Of a stretch of DNA of 63,968 nucleotides, positions 54,005-62,037 are shown piece after piece; position 1 is the stretch's first letter, and each line of letters begins with the position of its first letter. The stretch covers positions 1-63,968 of the IMG/VR virus record IMGVR_UViG_3300043607_000016. One strand, written 5' to 3'. This stretch comes from a virus. The translations under genes were made by a program, and so were the position numbers. The notes under the pieces are model-generated. The model was given only the letters and a program-made list of their open reading frames with translations, did not search any database and was not told the origin of the DNA.

Positions 54005-54219
54005 TGGAAATACACTTCGGAGCATTGGCAGCACCCTTATCAAAACAACTTCAGGGCTGTGGGCTGTCGGTTACAATCCTAAAGCGATTCGAGAAGGATG
54101 CGCTGGCGATTACTCGATTGCATGTGATGGGACTTATCCCTGAGAGCGTAGCTTGCACTGCTCGTAAGAGGCTACTGAAAAGGATTGAGAAGGCTTGGAG
54201 AGGCAATGCAAAGCGATAA
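54004..54219 (+). CDS. Hypothetical protein (71 aa)
   Basis: TAATG overlap with the ATPase gene. Confidence 0.5.
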   Translation: MEIHFGALAAPLSKQLQGCGLSVTILKRFEKDALAITRLHVMGLIPESVACTARKRLLKRIEKAWRGNAKR

Positions 54220-54520
54220 TCCACTCGACTTTTCATACGAGGAATATTTTCTAAACAAAAGGAGACACGATATGGCAGCAACAGACACAACATCATTGGC
54301 AGCAGCAAAAGTCATGGAAGCTCTTAATGCACCCTACGACAGAAAGCCTGTGCATGATTTGCTTTCAAAAGTCAACGACCTCACTCAGCAACTAGGCAGT
54401 CTTTCAACACTGGCGATCGCGGTCGGGAACTACAGCCTGGCGAGCAAGGCGTTGAAGTACGCGAAGGGGTTGATCGAGAGTAGCGATGAGGTGGTGAGGG
54501 GGCTGGAGAGCGGAGAATAA
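54206..54520 (+). CDS. Hypothetical protein (104 aa)
   Basis: GGAGAGG lies upstream of ATG 54206. Confidence 0.5.
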   Translation: MQSDNPLDFSYEEYFLNKRRHDMAATDTTSLAAAKVMEALNAPYDRKPVHDLLSKVNDLTQQLGSLSTLAIAVGNYSLASKALKYAKGLIESSDEVVRGLESGE

Positions 54521-54522
54521 AC

Positions 54523-54750
54523 ATGGCAAAACAATGTTGCAAGGAAACATGGGATAAGATACCGGATGATGAGCCGGCATTCATCATTCGGGGTAGGGAT
54601 CAACTCGCGCCCGCTACTGTTCTTCATTGGCTAGAAGCTGCGAGGGATGCAGGCGTGAATCCCGAGAAATTCAATGAGGCTTATGAACATCTGACGGAGA
54701 TTGCCGAGTTTCAGGAGAAGCATCTAGAGAGGTGTAAGCTTCCAGATTAG
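54523..54750 (+). CDS. Hypothetical protein (75 aa)
   Basis: ORF starts directly after the previous stop. Confidence 0.55.
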   Translation: MAKQCCKETWDKIPDDEPAFIIRGRDQLAPATVLHWLEAARDAGVNPEKFNEAYEHLTEIAEFQEKHLERCKLPD

Positions 54751-54762
54751 TAAGCCAAGACC

Positions 54763-54828
54763 TCAAAACCACCCCCAACCCTTGAGTATGGCCGCAGGTC
54801 ATGAAGATCAATACGGGGGTGGTTTTGA
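54763..54828 (+). repeat. 14-bp inverted repeat TCAAAACCACCCCC / GGGGGTGGTTTTGA with a 38-nt loop (terminator-like or RNA structure)
   Basis: Arms at 54763-54776 and 54815-54828, in the 138-nt gap between operons. Confidence 0.45.
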
Positions 54829-54888
54829 AGAAGGCTTGAAGAATTGCTAGTCGCTGGCCTGAGTATTTTCCTAAAAAGGTAAAGAGAA

Positions 54889-55359
54889 ATGACAACAAAA
54901 ACAACATCGAAGCGCGCCTCGAAGAGACTAACCATAGAAGAACTTGCTAATCATAAGCATCGCAAGACTTTGAATAAGGACCTCCTGCTTCGTGAGGCGA
55001 AGTCTCTTCGCAGGCTGAGACATGAAGAGCATTATCGACAATCAACGTTTTTTACTAAGACGGTTTGTGGGACGGCCTGCTGCATAGCAGGAAGGATTTT
55101 GTTACATCAGGGAATGCGGCCAGCGGAGTTGCTCGTGCTTATTAAGGACGGCCAGAGTCTTTCTGATATGGTAGGAGGGTTAGTTGGATTGACAGGTGAT
55201 GAAGCAGACGTTTTATTTTCAGGCTCTCCTGGTACGGACTGGCCTGATCCATTCGGGTATAGGTGGAGGAATATTGGTGAGACGGGCGAACGGCCATCGA
55301 AAATAGCAGCAGACTTCCTAGAAGCCATCGCTCAAGGGAAGATTGGCAGAAATGCATAA
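54889..55359 (+). CDS. Hypothetical protein (156 aa)
   Basis: AAAGAGAA lies upstream of the ATG. VCGTACCIAG motif. Confidence 0.55.
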   Translation: MTTKTTSKRASKRLTIEELANHKHRKTLNKDLLLREAKSLRRLRHEEHYRQSTFFTKTVCGTACCIAGRILLHQGMRPAELLVLIKDGQSLSDMVGGLVGLTGDEADVLFSGSPGTDWPDPFGYRWRNIGETGERPSKIAADFLEAIAQGKIGRNA

Positions 55360-55387
55360 CTTCACTTTTCATGAAAAGGAGACCCAG

Positions 55388-56038
55388 ATGAGTGCAACAG
55401 AACCAGCAGCAAACAACCAGGGCGAGCAGGAATTCCTAAACCTCGCCGACCTGCCCAGTGTAGACATCGGGGAGGATCAAGTCACAGTCAACCCGGACGC
55501 GGATGCCTTCGCCGCGCCTGCTCCGGTTAAGGACGGGGATCATCAGGCGAAATTGATGTATGGCACCGATGACCCCGAGAAGCGATGGCAGCGCAGAAAG
55601 ACTAAAGACGGCAGTGGGGTTTATTACGCGACTAAAATCCAGGCGCGGATCATCGAACCTGGCAACGAGGATGATAACAAGGTCGTGTTCGATGGGTTTG
55701 TCAGCACGATGATGAGGAACGGGACGAGCAGGGTGATCGGGGTGCTGGCGGCGCTTGGTTTTCCAATCGAAAGCATCCATAGCCATCTTGATCAGGTTAG
55801 GGCGTTGGATAACCTGCTAATTGGCGAGCCTTCCTGTGGCATAGAGACTGAATGGGAGGCGCAGTACAACACCGGAGAGAAGAACGACGCGGGCAAGGAC
55901 AGCTATAAGCGGCTGAAGAAGGGGATGAAGAACTTTCCGCAGCTCCCCACCGGAGAGTTTAGTCATGTGTTGGAAAGCCCGGTGGATGGGAGCGACTGCT
56001 CAGCGCAGGCGAGGGTGGTGAGGTACTTTAGTCTGTAG
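55388..56038 (+). CDS. Hypothetical acidic protein (216 aa), a possible ssDNA-binding protein by position only
   Basis: AAGGAG lies 7 nt upstream of ATG 55388. The gene sits between the ATPase and helicase genes. Confidence 0.3.
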   Translation: MSATEPAANNQGEQEFLNLADLPSVDIGEDQVTVNPDADAFAAPAPVKDGDHQAKLMYGTDDPEKRWQRRKTKDGSGVYYATKIQARIIEPGNEDDNKVVFDGFVSTMMRNGTSRVIGVLAALGFPIESIHSHLDQVRALDNLLIGEPSCGIETEWEAQYNTGEKNDAGKDSYKRLKKGMKNFPQLPTGEFSHVLESPVDGSDCSAQARVVRYFSL

Positions 56039-56490
56039 TTTTTTGGGCATGGCGCAGGGCCGAGAGTTGACGTATCGACTGGCTAGTTGTGGTCAACACC
56101 GTTAGAGGAATCCAGTCGTGATCCTTGCGCCAGTAGTTCTTTCAAAGCATGACACCGAGTCGAGGGGAGTCTGCCGAATAGGAGCAAAATTAGGCAGGCG
56201 GTAAGCCTTCGGACTTGCGGGTACCAGCTACCTCGCTCAGTAATGATCGACTCGGTGTCAGTAGTTCTTTCAAAAGCATGGCGGGCAGGCAAGCGCGCAA
56301 ACCTACGCGGGTGGTTCGGTAGAAGTCCGATTGAACTAGGTGCATCGAGCAAGTGCCACCCTCCCCGCCAGTAGTTCTTTTGGGGGTTCTGAGACAACCG
56401 GGGATAGCGGTGACACAACCATGGATGGCTGCGAAAGCGTAAGACCGCAAGGTCGTCACCGTCCCCGGTCCTCAGACAGTTTTGGAGGCC
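56035..56490 (+). other. Array of four tandem long hairpins (81-109 nt) joined by a conserved linker, (C)AGTAGTTCTTTCAAAGCATG; candidate structured RNA array or origin
   Basis: Closing stems: 56051-59/56123-31, 56151-63/56247-59, 56280-85/56364-69, and nested stems 56389-93/56471-75, 56398-404/56462-68, 56409-14/56455-60. Linkers at 56035, 56132, 56260 and 56370. UUCG, GAAA and GCAA loops. No SD-preceded ORF on the plus strand. Confidence 0.6.
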
Positions 56491-56554
56491 AATGATCACA
56501 TGGTTACGGATGCTGCACGTTTGCACAAACAGGTGGTGGGGAAGGAGATCAGCG

Positions 56555-56767
56555 ATGAGTAATAAACTTAACATTGTTGTTGCCCGCGCAAGGTATCTGA
56601 TAGCTGAATATGAAGCGCATAGCGTCACCGATGGCGACGTGTTTGACCTTTTCAAAGCAATTATTGAGGCTGATTATGCAACGCCTGATGTAAAAGCAGC
56701 AATCGTAGCTTGGAACCGCCGCGCCACGTGGGAGCACGAACCAACTACATGCACGGATTGTGAGTAG
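56555..56767 (+). CDS. Hypothetical protein (70 aa)
   Basis: GGAAGGAG lies upstream of ATG 56555. Confidence 0.5.
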   Translation: MSNKLNIVVARARYLIAEYEAHSVTDGDVFDLFKAIIEADYATPDVKAAIVAWNRRATWEHEPTTCTDCE

Positions 56768-56782
56768 GGGAGGTACTTTCAA

Positions 56783-56914
56783 ATGCAGGCAAACTACATC
56801 TTCACCGACAGCGATTGGCCGCTCTGGAAGCAGATCCTCTATCGCCTGTTCGGACACCCGAGGCCGAGATTGAGCTTGAAGGCGCAGATCGAGAGGGCGG
56901 GGTGGTATGACTGA
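56783..56914 (+). CDS. Small hypothetical protein (43 aa)
   Basis: Not in the ORF track. GGGGAGG lies upstream. TGATG overlap with the next gene. Confidence 0.4.
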   Translation: MQANYIFTDSDWPLWKQILYRLFGHPRPRLSLKAQIERAGWYD

Positions 56915-57219
56915 TGCCAATCGCCCTTCTGACTATGCTCCTTCTCGCCTTCATTCAGAACGTATCTTTCTCTATCGTCAGCCGCAGTCGTAACAGATCA
57001 AGCTATAGGTATCACATGATCGCCTCAGTGTTCTCAAATGGCATTTGGTTTCTCACGTTCCGGCAGTTGGTACTAATGGAAATGAACTGGCTTTTATTCA
57101 TCCCATATACGATTGGGACTGTGGCTGGGAGTTTGACTGGGGTAAGGATTTCAATGTGGATTGAGGCGAAGATTGGAGCGGATTCGGACTCGCATCTGGC
57201 GTCAAAAGTAAAAGGATAG
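56914..57219 (+). CDS. Integral membrane protein (101 aa, about three TM segments)
   Basis: Hydrophobic segments IALLTMLLLAFI, ASVFSNGIWFLTF and LLFIPYTIGTVAGSL. Confidence 0.55.
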   Translation: MPIALLTMLLLAFIQNVSFSIVSRSRNRSSYRYHMIASVFSNGIWFLTFRQLVLMEMNWLLFIPYTIGTVAGSLTGVRISMWIEAKIGADSDSHLASKVKG

Positions 57220-57229
57220 GATAAAATTG

Positions 57230-59728
57230 ATGAATGAGATCAGCGCTGAAGAAATGGAAATGTACGGCGACGAGCAGGTTCCGGTAGTCGAGGAGCCTGA
57301 CCCCCTCGCCCCAATCGAGCAAGCCACCTTCGCCTTCGTTACCGGAAATTCTGGTAGTGGAAAGTCCACCGCCATCCGTCGCAAGGTAGACGCCGAGGTA
57401 ACCGAAGGCAAGCGTGATTGGGGGGTTTTATGCAGCACAACCGGCGTGTCAGCGGTGAGTCTGGGCGTTACCACGATCAACAATTTATTCGCCTACTTCG
57501 ATACGGATTCTCTACGCGCGATCTATGCGGCAGGCCACAACAACCTCAAAGACAGACTCAAGGCAATCGCACAGAAGTCCTCTCGTCTGGTGCTGGATGA
57601 GGTCTCTCTATTCAGCGCGGACCAGCTTGACATCTTCTACATGGCGATCTCGGAGTTGAATGAATTCGACTATATGAAAGGCAGACCATTCGGCATCGTG
57701 CTCGTTGGTGACTTCTGCTTGGGTTTTGGTACCCCAATAATGATGGCGGATGGGACTATCAAACCTGTTGAGCAAATCAGTGTAGGGGATTTGGTAATGG
57801 GGCCGGATTCCAAGTCTAGGAAGGTGCTGCGTACTACCTTCGGTGTTGATCAGATGTTCATGGTCCATCAAACAAATGGAGATGACTATACAGTCAACTC
57901 GAAGCACAGCCTCGCACTGAAACGTAGCATTGATGGAAGTAGAGAACAGAAGTGTATCTCATCCAGAAAAGGTAGAAAGGCGGGAGAGCCTGTCAAAGAC
58001 TCTTGGATACGCTATTCTGAGATGCCTGACAATTTCGCAATGGGGGTTCAGGAATTTGCAAACAAACCCCGGCATTTTAAGGAGTGCTTCGTTGGATACA
58101 AGGCTGGGTTAATAGAGTTCCAGCCGCGTAAGACCACTATTGATCCCTATTTCCTTGGTCTTTGGTTAGGTGATGGAGATTCGGATTGTGCGCGAATCAC
58201 AACTCCAGATCAGGAGATCATAGAATACTGCTATCAATATGCACAGCAACTCTCTTTGATGGTTACCATTGGTACATGGGCTCGGACACGAGCAGTTAGA
58301 TTAGGATTGTCAGGGGGTAAGCATACAGGTAATAAGGCGAATCCATTATGGAGCAGATTTAGGGAATACAATCTCCCAAAAAATAAGCACATACCTGACG
58401 ATTATCTGACCAATTCAGAAGAAAATCGCCTTAATCTATTGGCAGGTCTGCTTGACTCTGACGGAAGTTGGACCGGAAATAGATACACAATTACGTCCAT
58501 CAGAGAGCATCTTGCCTTGCAAATAAAACAACTGGCTGATCAGTTAGGGTTTAGAACGGGAATCAGAAGATTCACCAGTGTCTACTATAAGGATAAGCCA
58601 GAGAGCAAGTATGCATGGACTATCACCATTGGCGGGGATACATGGAGGATTCCGTGTAAAGTGGAAAGAAAGAAGTCTATCCCTAGAGACCTGGTAAGAA
58701 GCCGTCTTACGTCTGTCTTGTCTATAAGAGACGTGGGTATAGGTAACTACGTAGGATTTGAAACAGATGGAGATCACCTATTTCTTCTTGGGGATGGGAC
58801 AGTGGCTCATAACTGCCAGCTCCCTCCGATAAAAGATAAGTTCGCATTCGAAGCAAAGTGCTGGGGGGAGTTTGAGAAAAACACGCTGCGACTGACAAAG
58901 GTGTGGCGGCAGGATGATCTTGATTTCGTCCACGCGCTTAACCTCATCCGCTGCGGCGATGGACCGGCCGGCGCAAGAGCACTTGAGGACGCTGGGGTGC
59001 AGTTTGTCAGCAGCCTTGATATGAAGTTTGAAGGCACTACGATTGTAGGAAAAAACGATCAGGTCAATCGGATCAACGCGGTGAGATACCAGCAGGTGCA
59101 GGGCAAAGAGTTCGAACTATCCAACTACCGCTGGGGCAGTCAGCGTTCAGAGTGGCGCGCGGAAAAGGGCATCATCCCCTTTCAGTTGAAACTCAAACCC
59201 GGCGCGTTGGTGATGGTGCTCGCCAACCACCCGGAGTTCGAGTATGCGAACGGCGACCTTGGCGAAGTAATCGGGATGGACGGAAGCTCTGGCGTGCTGG
59301 TGAAATTAAAACGGAATGATTCCATCGTAAGCGTGACCAGAGTAACCAGGCATGTAAACACCGCCTCAAACGATGATCATGGCCTCGCGCACTACAACTG
59401 TCTATGTGAGGACCGCGAGGGATGGGAGAAGCTACCGAGGGCGAAATGGGGCGAGGAGAGTTTTAATTGCAGGGATCAAAGCGTGGTGACTGGGGCGGTG
59501 GATTACTGGCCGTTGCGCCTTGCATATGCATCGACTGTTCATAAAGTGCAAAGTTTGAGCTTGGATAGTATTCAGGTGGACGCGAGGGATGCTTTTGTTG
59601 GCAATGCGGGCATGTGCTACGTCTCGTTGAGTCGTGCGCGTACTGCTCAAGGTCTCCGTATCATCGGTTCCAAAAATCTGCTTGCAAAACGGACAAATGT
59701 AGATTTTCGTGTAAGGAGATTTATATGA
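57230..59728 (+). CDS. PIF1/RecD/Dda-like SF1B helicase interrupted by an intein
   Basis: GNSGSGKST (motif I); LVLDEVSLFS (motif II); VLVGDF / CQLPPI (motif III, split by the intein); ASTVHKVQSLSLD; YVSLSRAR. Confidence 0.8.
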   Translation: MNEISAEEMEMYGDEQVPVVEEPDPLAPIEQATFAFVTGNSGSGKSTAIRRKVDAEVTEGKRDWGVLCSTTGVSAVSLGVTTINNLFAYFDTDSLRAIYAAGHNNLKDRLKAIAQKSSRLVLDEVSLFSADQLDIFYMAISELNEFDYMKGRPFGIVLVGDFCLGFGTPIMMADGTIKPVEQISVGDLVMGPDSKSRKVLRTTFGVDQMFMVHQTNGDDYTVNSKHSLALKRSIDGSREQKCISSRKGRKAGEPVKDSWIRYSEMPDNFAMGVQEFANKPRHFKECFVGYKAGLIEFQPRKTTIDPYFLGLWLGDGDSDCARITTPDQEIIEYCYQYAQQLSLMVTIGTWARTRAVRLGLSGGKHTGNKANPLWSRFREYNLPKNKHIPDDYLTNSEENRLNLLAGLLDSDGSWTGNRYTITSIREHLALQIKQLADQLGFRTGIRRFTSVYYKDKPESKYAWTITIGGDTWRIPCKVERKKSIPRDLVRSRLTSVLSIRDVGIGNYVGFETDGDHLFLLGDGTVAHNCQLPPIKDKFAFEAKCWGEFEKNTLRLTKVWRQDDLDFVHALNLIRCGDGPAGARALEDAGVQFVSSLDMKFEGTTIVGKNDQVNRINAVRYQQVQGKEFELSNYRWGSQRSEWRAEKGIIPFQLKLKPGALVMVLANHPEFEYANGDLGEVIGMDGSSGVLVKLKRNDSIVSVTRVTRHVNTASNDDHGLAHYNCLCEDREGWEKLPRAKWGEESFNCRDQSVVTGAVDYWPLRLAYASTVHKVQSLSLDSIQVDARDAFVGNAGMCYVSLSRARTAQGLRIIGSKNLLAKRTNVDFRVRRFI
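57716..58813 (+). mobile_element. Intein (366 codons) with a LAGLIDADG homing-endonuclease domain, in helicase motif III
   Basis: Cys1 TGC at 57716-57718 (CLGFGTPIMMADGT). Two dodecapeptide motifs, FLGLWLGDGDS and LLAGLLDSDGS. Ends ...LLGDGTVAHN (58813), with +1 Cys at 58814. Confidence 0.85.
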
Positions 59729-60322
59729 ACGACTTTAGGATTAGGGATGATATTACTGAGATTTTGATCAAACACAAGGGCAAGCATTTGCCTCATTGAT
59801 TCCGACAACCTAGAAATGGTTAGAGGTTTGGGTGTTACCTTCCACGCTCGTTGGTCGGCATCGGCGAATACGTTCTATGCTACGTCTCATCAAGTTGTTG
59901 GTGGAGTTAGAAAGACTATCCATATGCATCGGGTTGTTGCGGGGCTTGGTAGTAATTGGAAAGAAATTGTCCCAGACCATAAGGATCATAATGGTCTCAA
60001 TAATACCAGGGCAAATCTTAGAGTACTTTCCAAAGCAATCAATCACCGCAACATGAAATCAGCAAAAGCAGAAAGTACGCATGGGTATTTAGGAGTTTGT
60101 TTTGATAGAAGTAGAAATGTATTTATGGTGGGGATCAGTGGCCGATTGAATGGCAGAAGGTCATTTCTCTCACTAGGACGTTTTGAAAAGGCTGAGGATG
60201 CTGGGCTGGTGGCAAAGTACGCAAGAGAATTCGTAATGCAACGAGCCATAGCTGATGGTGTTATTGAGTTGACTCCCGAGTTTCGAGAAGAAGTTAGGGA
60301 GCATGTGAAAGAGTTCATCTAG
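59725..60322 (+). pseudogene. HNH plus AP2-domain homing endonuclease, with its N-terminus displaced by a frameshift (an intact ORF starts at ATG 59816)
   Basis: ATG 59725 is ATGA-coupled to the helicase stop and reads MNDFRIRDDITEILIKHKGKHLPH* (TGA 59797-59799). The +1 frame is open from 59768 and reads ASICLIDSDNLEMVRGLG...HMHRVV...PDHKDHNGLNNTRANLRV...YLGVCFD (HNH_3 and AP2 signatures). Confidence 0.6.
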
Positions 60323-60442
60323 TTGGATTGAGGGTGGTGGGCGGGACTGGGTTGCTGGGGAAGAGGGTGCAGGTTGATCGCCGGGTTCTGAAATTCGTTT
60401 AGCAGGCAGGCCGTCTCGCAATCCTTACAAGGAGTGGAGAGA

Positions 60443-60682
60443 ATGATTGACGAAGTACGGAAAGCGAGCGCATTGGAACATCCACGCCAAACTATACTAG
60501 GCTCTCCTATCAGCAGAACAGCATGGGCGTGGCTAGACGTTGAAGGCGAAATGTCGGTGGCCGCGTTGGATAAGCTGATCGAGATTCTTGTGCCCGTTCG
60601 GAACAATTGGACAGGTAATGAGCACGAGAAAGCTGTAAGACAATCGATTGAAAAGGCATTAGCAGCGGGTATAGAGCTATGA
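60443..60682 (+). CDS. Hypothetical protein (79 aa)
   Basis: AGGAG lies 7 nt upstream of ATG 60443. Confidence 0.5.
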   Translation: MIDEVRKASALEHPRQTILGSPISRTAWAWLDVEGEMSVAALDKLIEILVPVRNNWTGNEHEKAVRQSIEKALAAGIEL

Positions 60683-60963
60683 GCAATCCAACAGAGCAAG
60701 ACGGCGCGATGCTTGAAGCTAGGAGGCTGTTAAAGGACGTGATATTTGTTGGTCCAGATTATCAGGAGCAGACGCACGTTGTCATCGCCCAAGCGATACG
60801 GGACGCAGAGCAGCGGGGCTTCGTGCGCGGGGTTGACGCGGCGGGACTGGTCACAGCGAAGCTGATTGATATGGCGGAAGGTAGTGGCAGTAAGGGAACG
60901 GCGAGCCTGATATATCACGACTTATTGTTGCCGATTCAAGCACTCAAGAAGGAACAATCATGA
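60679..60963 (+). CDS. Hypothetical protein (94 aa)
   Basis: ATGA overlap with the upstream gene. Confidence 0.55.
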   Translation: MSNPTEQDGAMLEARRLLKDVIFVGPDYQEQTHVVIAQAIRDAEQRGFVRGVDAAGLVTAKLIDMAEGSGSKGTASLIYHDLLLPIQALKKEQS

Positions 60964-61220
60964 GCGACAAAGCTGATCTCACCGTCAAACTATTCAAAGG
61001 TGATACTGAGCTTGAGATAAAGACACCGACAGAGCTAATGCTAGTCGCCGCATTGAAAGCTGCCCTGTTTGCCCACGGCAAGAAAGGGTACTTGAAATCC
61101 ACTATCTGTGAGTTTGAGATGGATCGGTTTGCGTTCAGAGATGCGGTGACTCATCAGCATGGCAATGTTCAGATTCTCACTGATGGTAATAACGGACGTG
61201 ACATTGTGGGGTTGAGGTGA
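60960..61220 (+). CDS. Hypothetical protein (86 aa)
   Basis: ATGA overlap with the upstream gene. Starts ATGAGCGACAAAGC. Confidence 0.55.
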   Translation: MSDKADLTVKLFKGDTELEIKTPTELMLVAALKAALFAHGKKGYLKSTICEFEMDRFAFRDAVTHQHGNVQILTDGNNGRDIVGLR

Positions 61221-61714
61221 GCGACAAAGCAATCGACTACCAGCGCGAGTATCAACGCGGCTATGAAGAAGGCGTGAGAGCGGCTACATTGGAGCAGAAG
61301 CAACCTGTTTTTGTTGTAGATCGTGGCAGAGGCCCGGTCGAGTTGCTTGTGGTTCAATGTCCCGTTTGCCAATGCCCGCGCTTTGCTGACTATGACTGCT
61401 CGACCTGTGAACGTACCGAGCTGGAGCGCCAGCTAGTCGAGCTACGGGCAGCGTGTGAGCCATTTGCTGACGCAGCAAGTCGGATACTTCCAAATTGGAA
61501 TGGTGAAAGTTATTGGGATTATCCCGATGAGTTGCATATCCCTGCGCCTGAGCTCGGATGGCCAGGAGTCCCGAAGATTGGGGCGTGGCGCAGGCTCGCA
61601 GCACTAGTTACATCCCAACCGCCCGCATCGATACCGCCCATCGGCTACGTTGATGGGCGAGGTAGTTCAACATGGGATGTGGAGCAACTGCCTACGGAGG
61701 AGAAAAGCAAGTGA
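61217..61714 (+). CDS. Hypothetical Cys-containing protein (165 aa)
   Basis: GTGA overlap with the upstream gene. Starts GTGAGCGACAAAGC. CPVCQC...CSTC. Confidence 0.5.
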   Translation: MSDKAIDYQREYQRGYEEGVRAATLEQKQPVFVVDRGRGPVELLVVQCPVCQCPRFADYDCSTCERTELERQLVELRAACEPFADAASRILPNWNGESYWDYPDELHIPAPELGWPGVPKIGAWRRLAALVTSQPPASIPPIGYVDGRGSSTWDVEQLPTEEKSK

Positions 61715-62037
61715 AAATCGAAAAGGTAGCTCGTAAGCTGATTCTAGAAACGATTGAAAGACACATTACGCAAGGCCCATATAAGCCACGGTCAGGCGAA
61801 GTTGTCAGCAATAAGCGATTTATAACAACAGGTTCAACTTATGGTCGAGTGCTCTTTACCGAGCATGCGCCGATGTTGCTTATCAAACGTAATGTGCAAG
61901 GCGTATCAATCCGCGATTGCGAATTCAATGGTGGCGGTCGTGGTACTGCTATCCATATTGAAAGTGCTGTTCTCATTCCTGCGCGTCCAAACTATTTTGG
62001 AGTAAAAGGAGAAGTCAATGACCCTGTCCAAGCCTAA
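61711..62037 (+). CDS. Hypothetical protein (108 aa)
   Basis: GTG 61711 forms a GTGA overlap with the upstream stop. The ORF overlaps the polymerase start by 20 nt. Confidence 0.45.
   Translation: MKIEKVARKLILETIERHITQGPYKPRSGEVVSNKRFITTGSTYGRVLFTEHAPMLLIKRNVQGVSIRDCEFNGGGRGTAIHIESAVLIPARPNYFGVKGEVNDPVQA

Noticed and set aside
56035-56490. A CRISPR array, because short conserved repeats are separated by unique sequence
   Set aside because: The unique segments are 80-110 nt and internally self-complementary, rather than 25-45-nt spacers. There are only two near-identical repeat copies plus degenerate ones, and no cas genes are present.
56083-56655. A 190-aa minus-strand ORF covering the hairpin array
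   Set aside because: It runs antisense to the surrounding operon, has an Arg/Leu/Ser/Pro-rich low-complexity composition, has no SD sequence, and overlaps the SD-preceded plus-strand gene at 56555. It is probably a chance ORF in GC-rich structured DNA.
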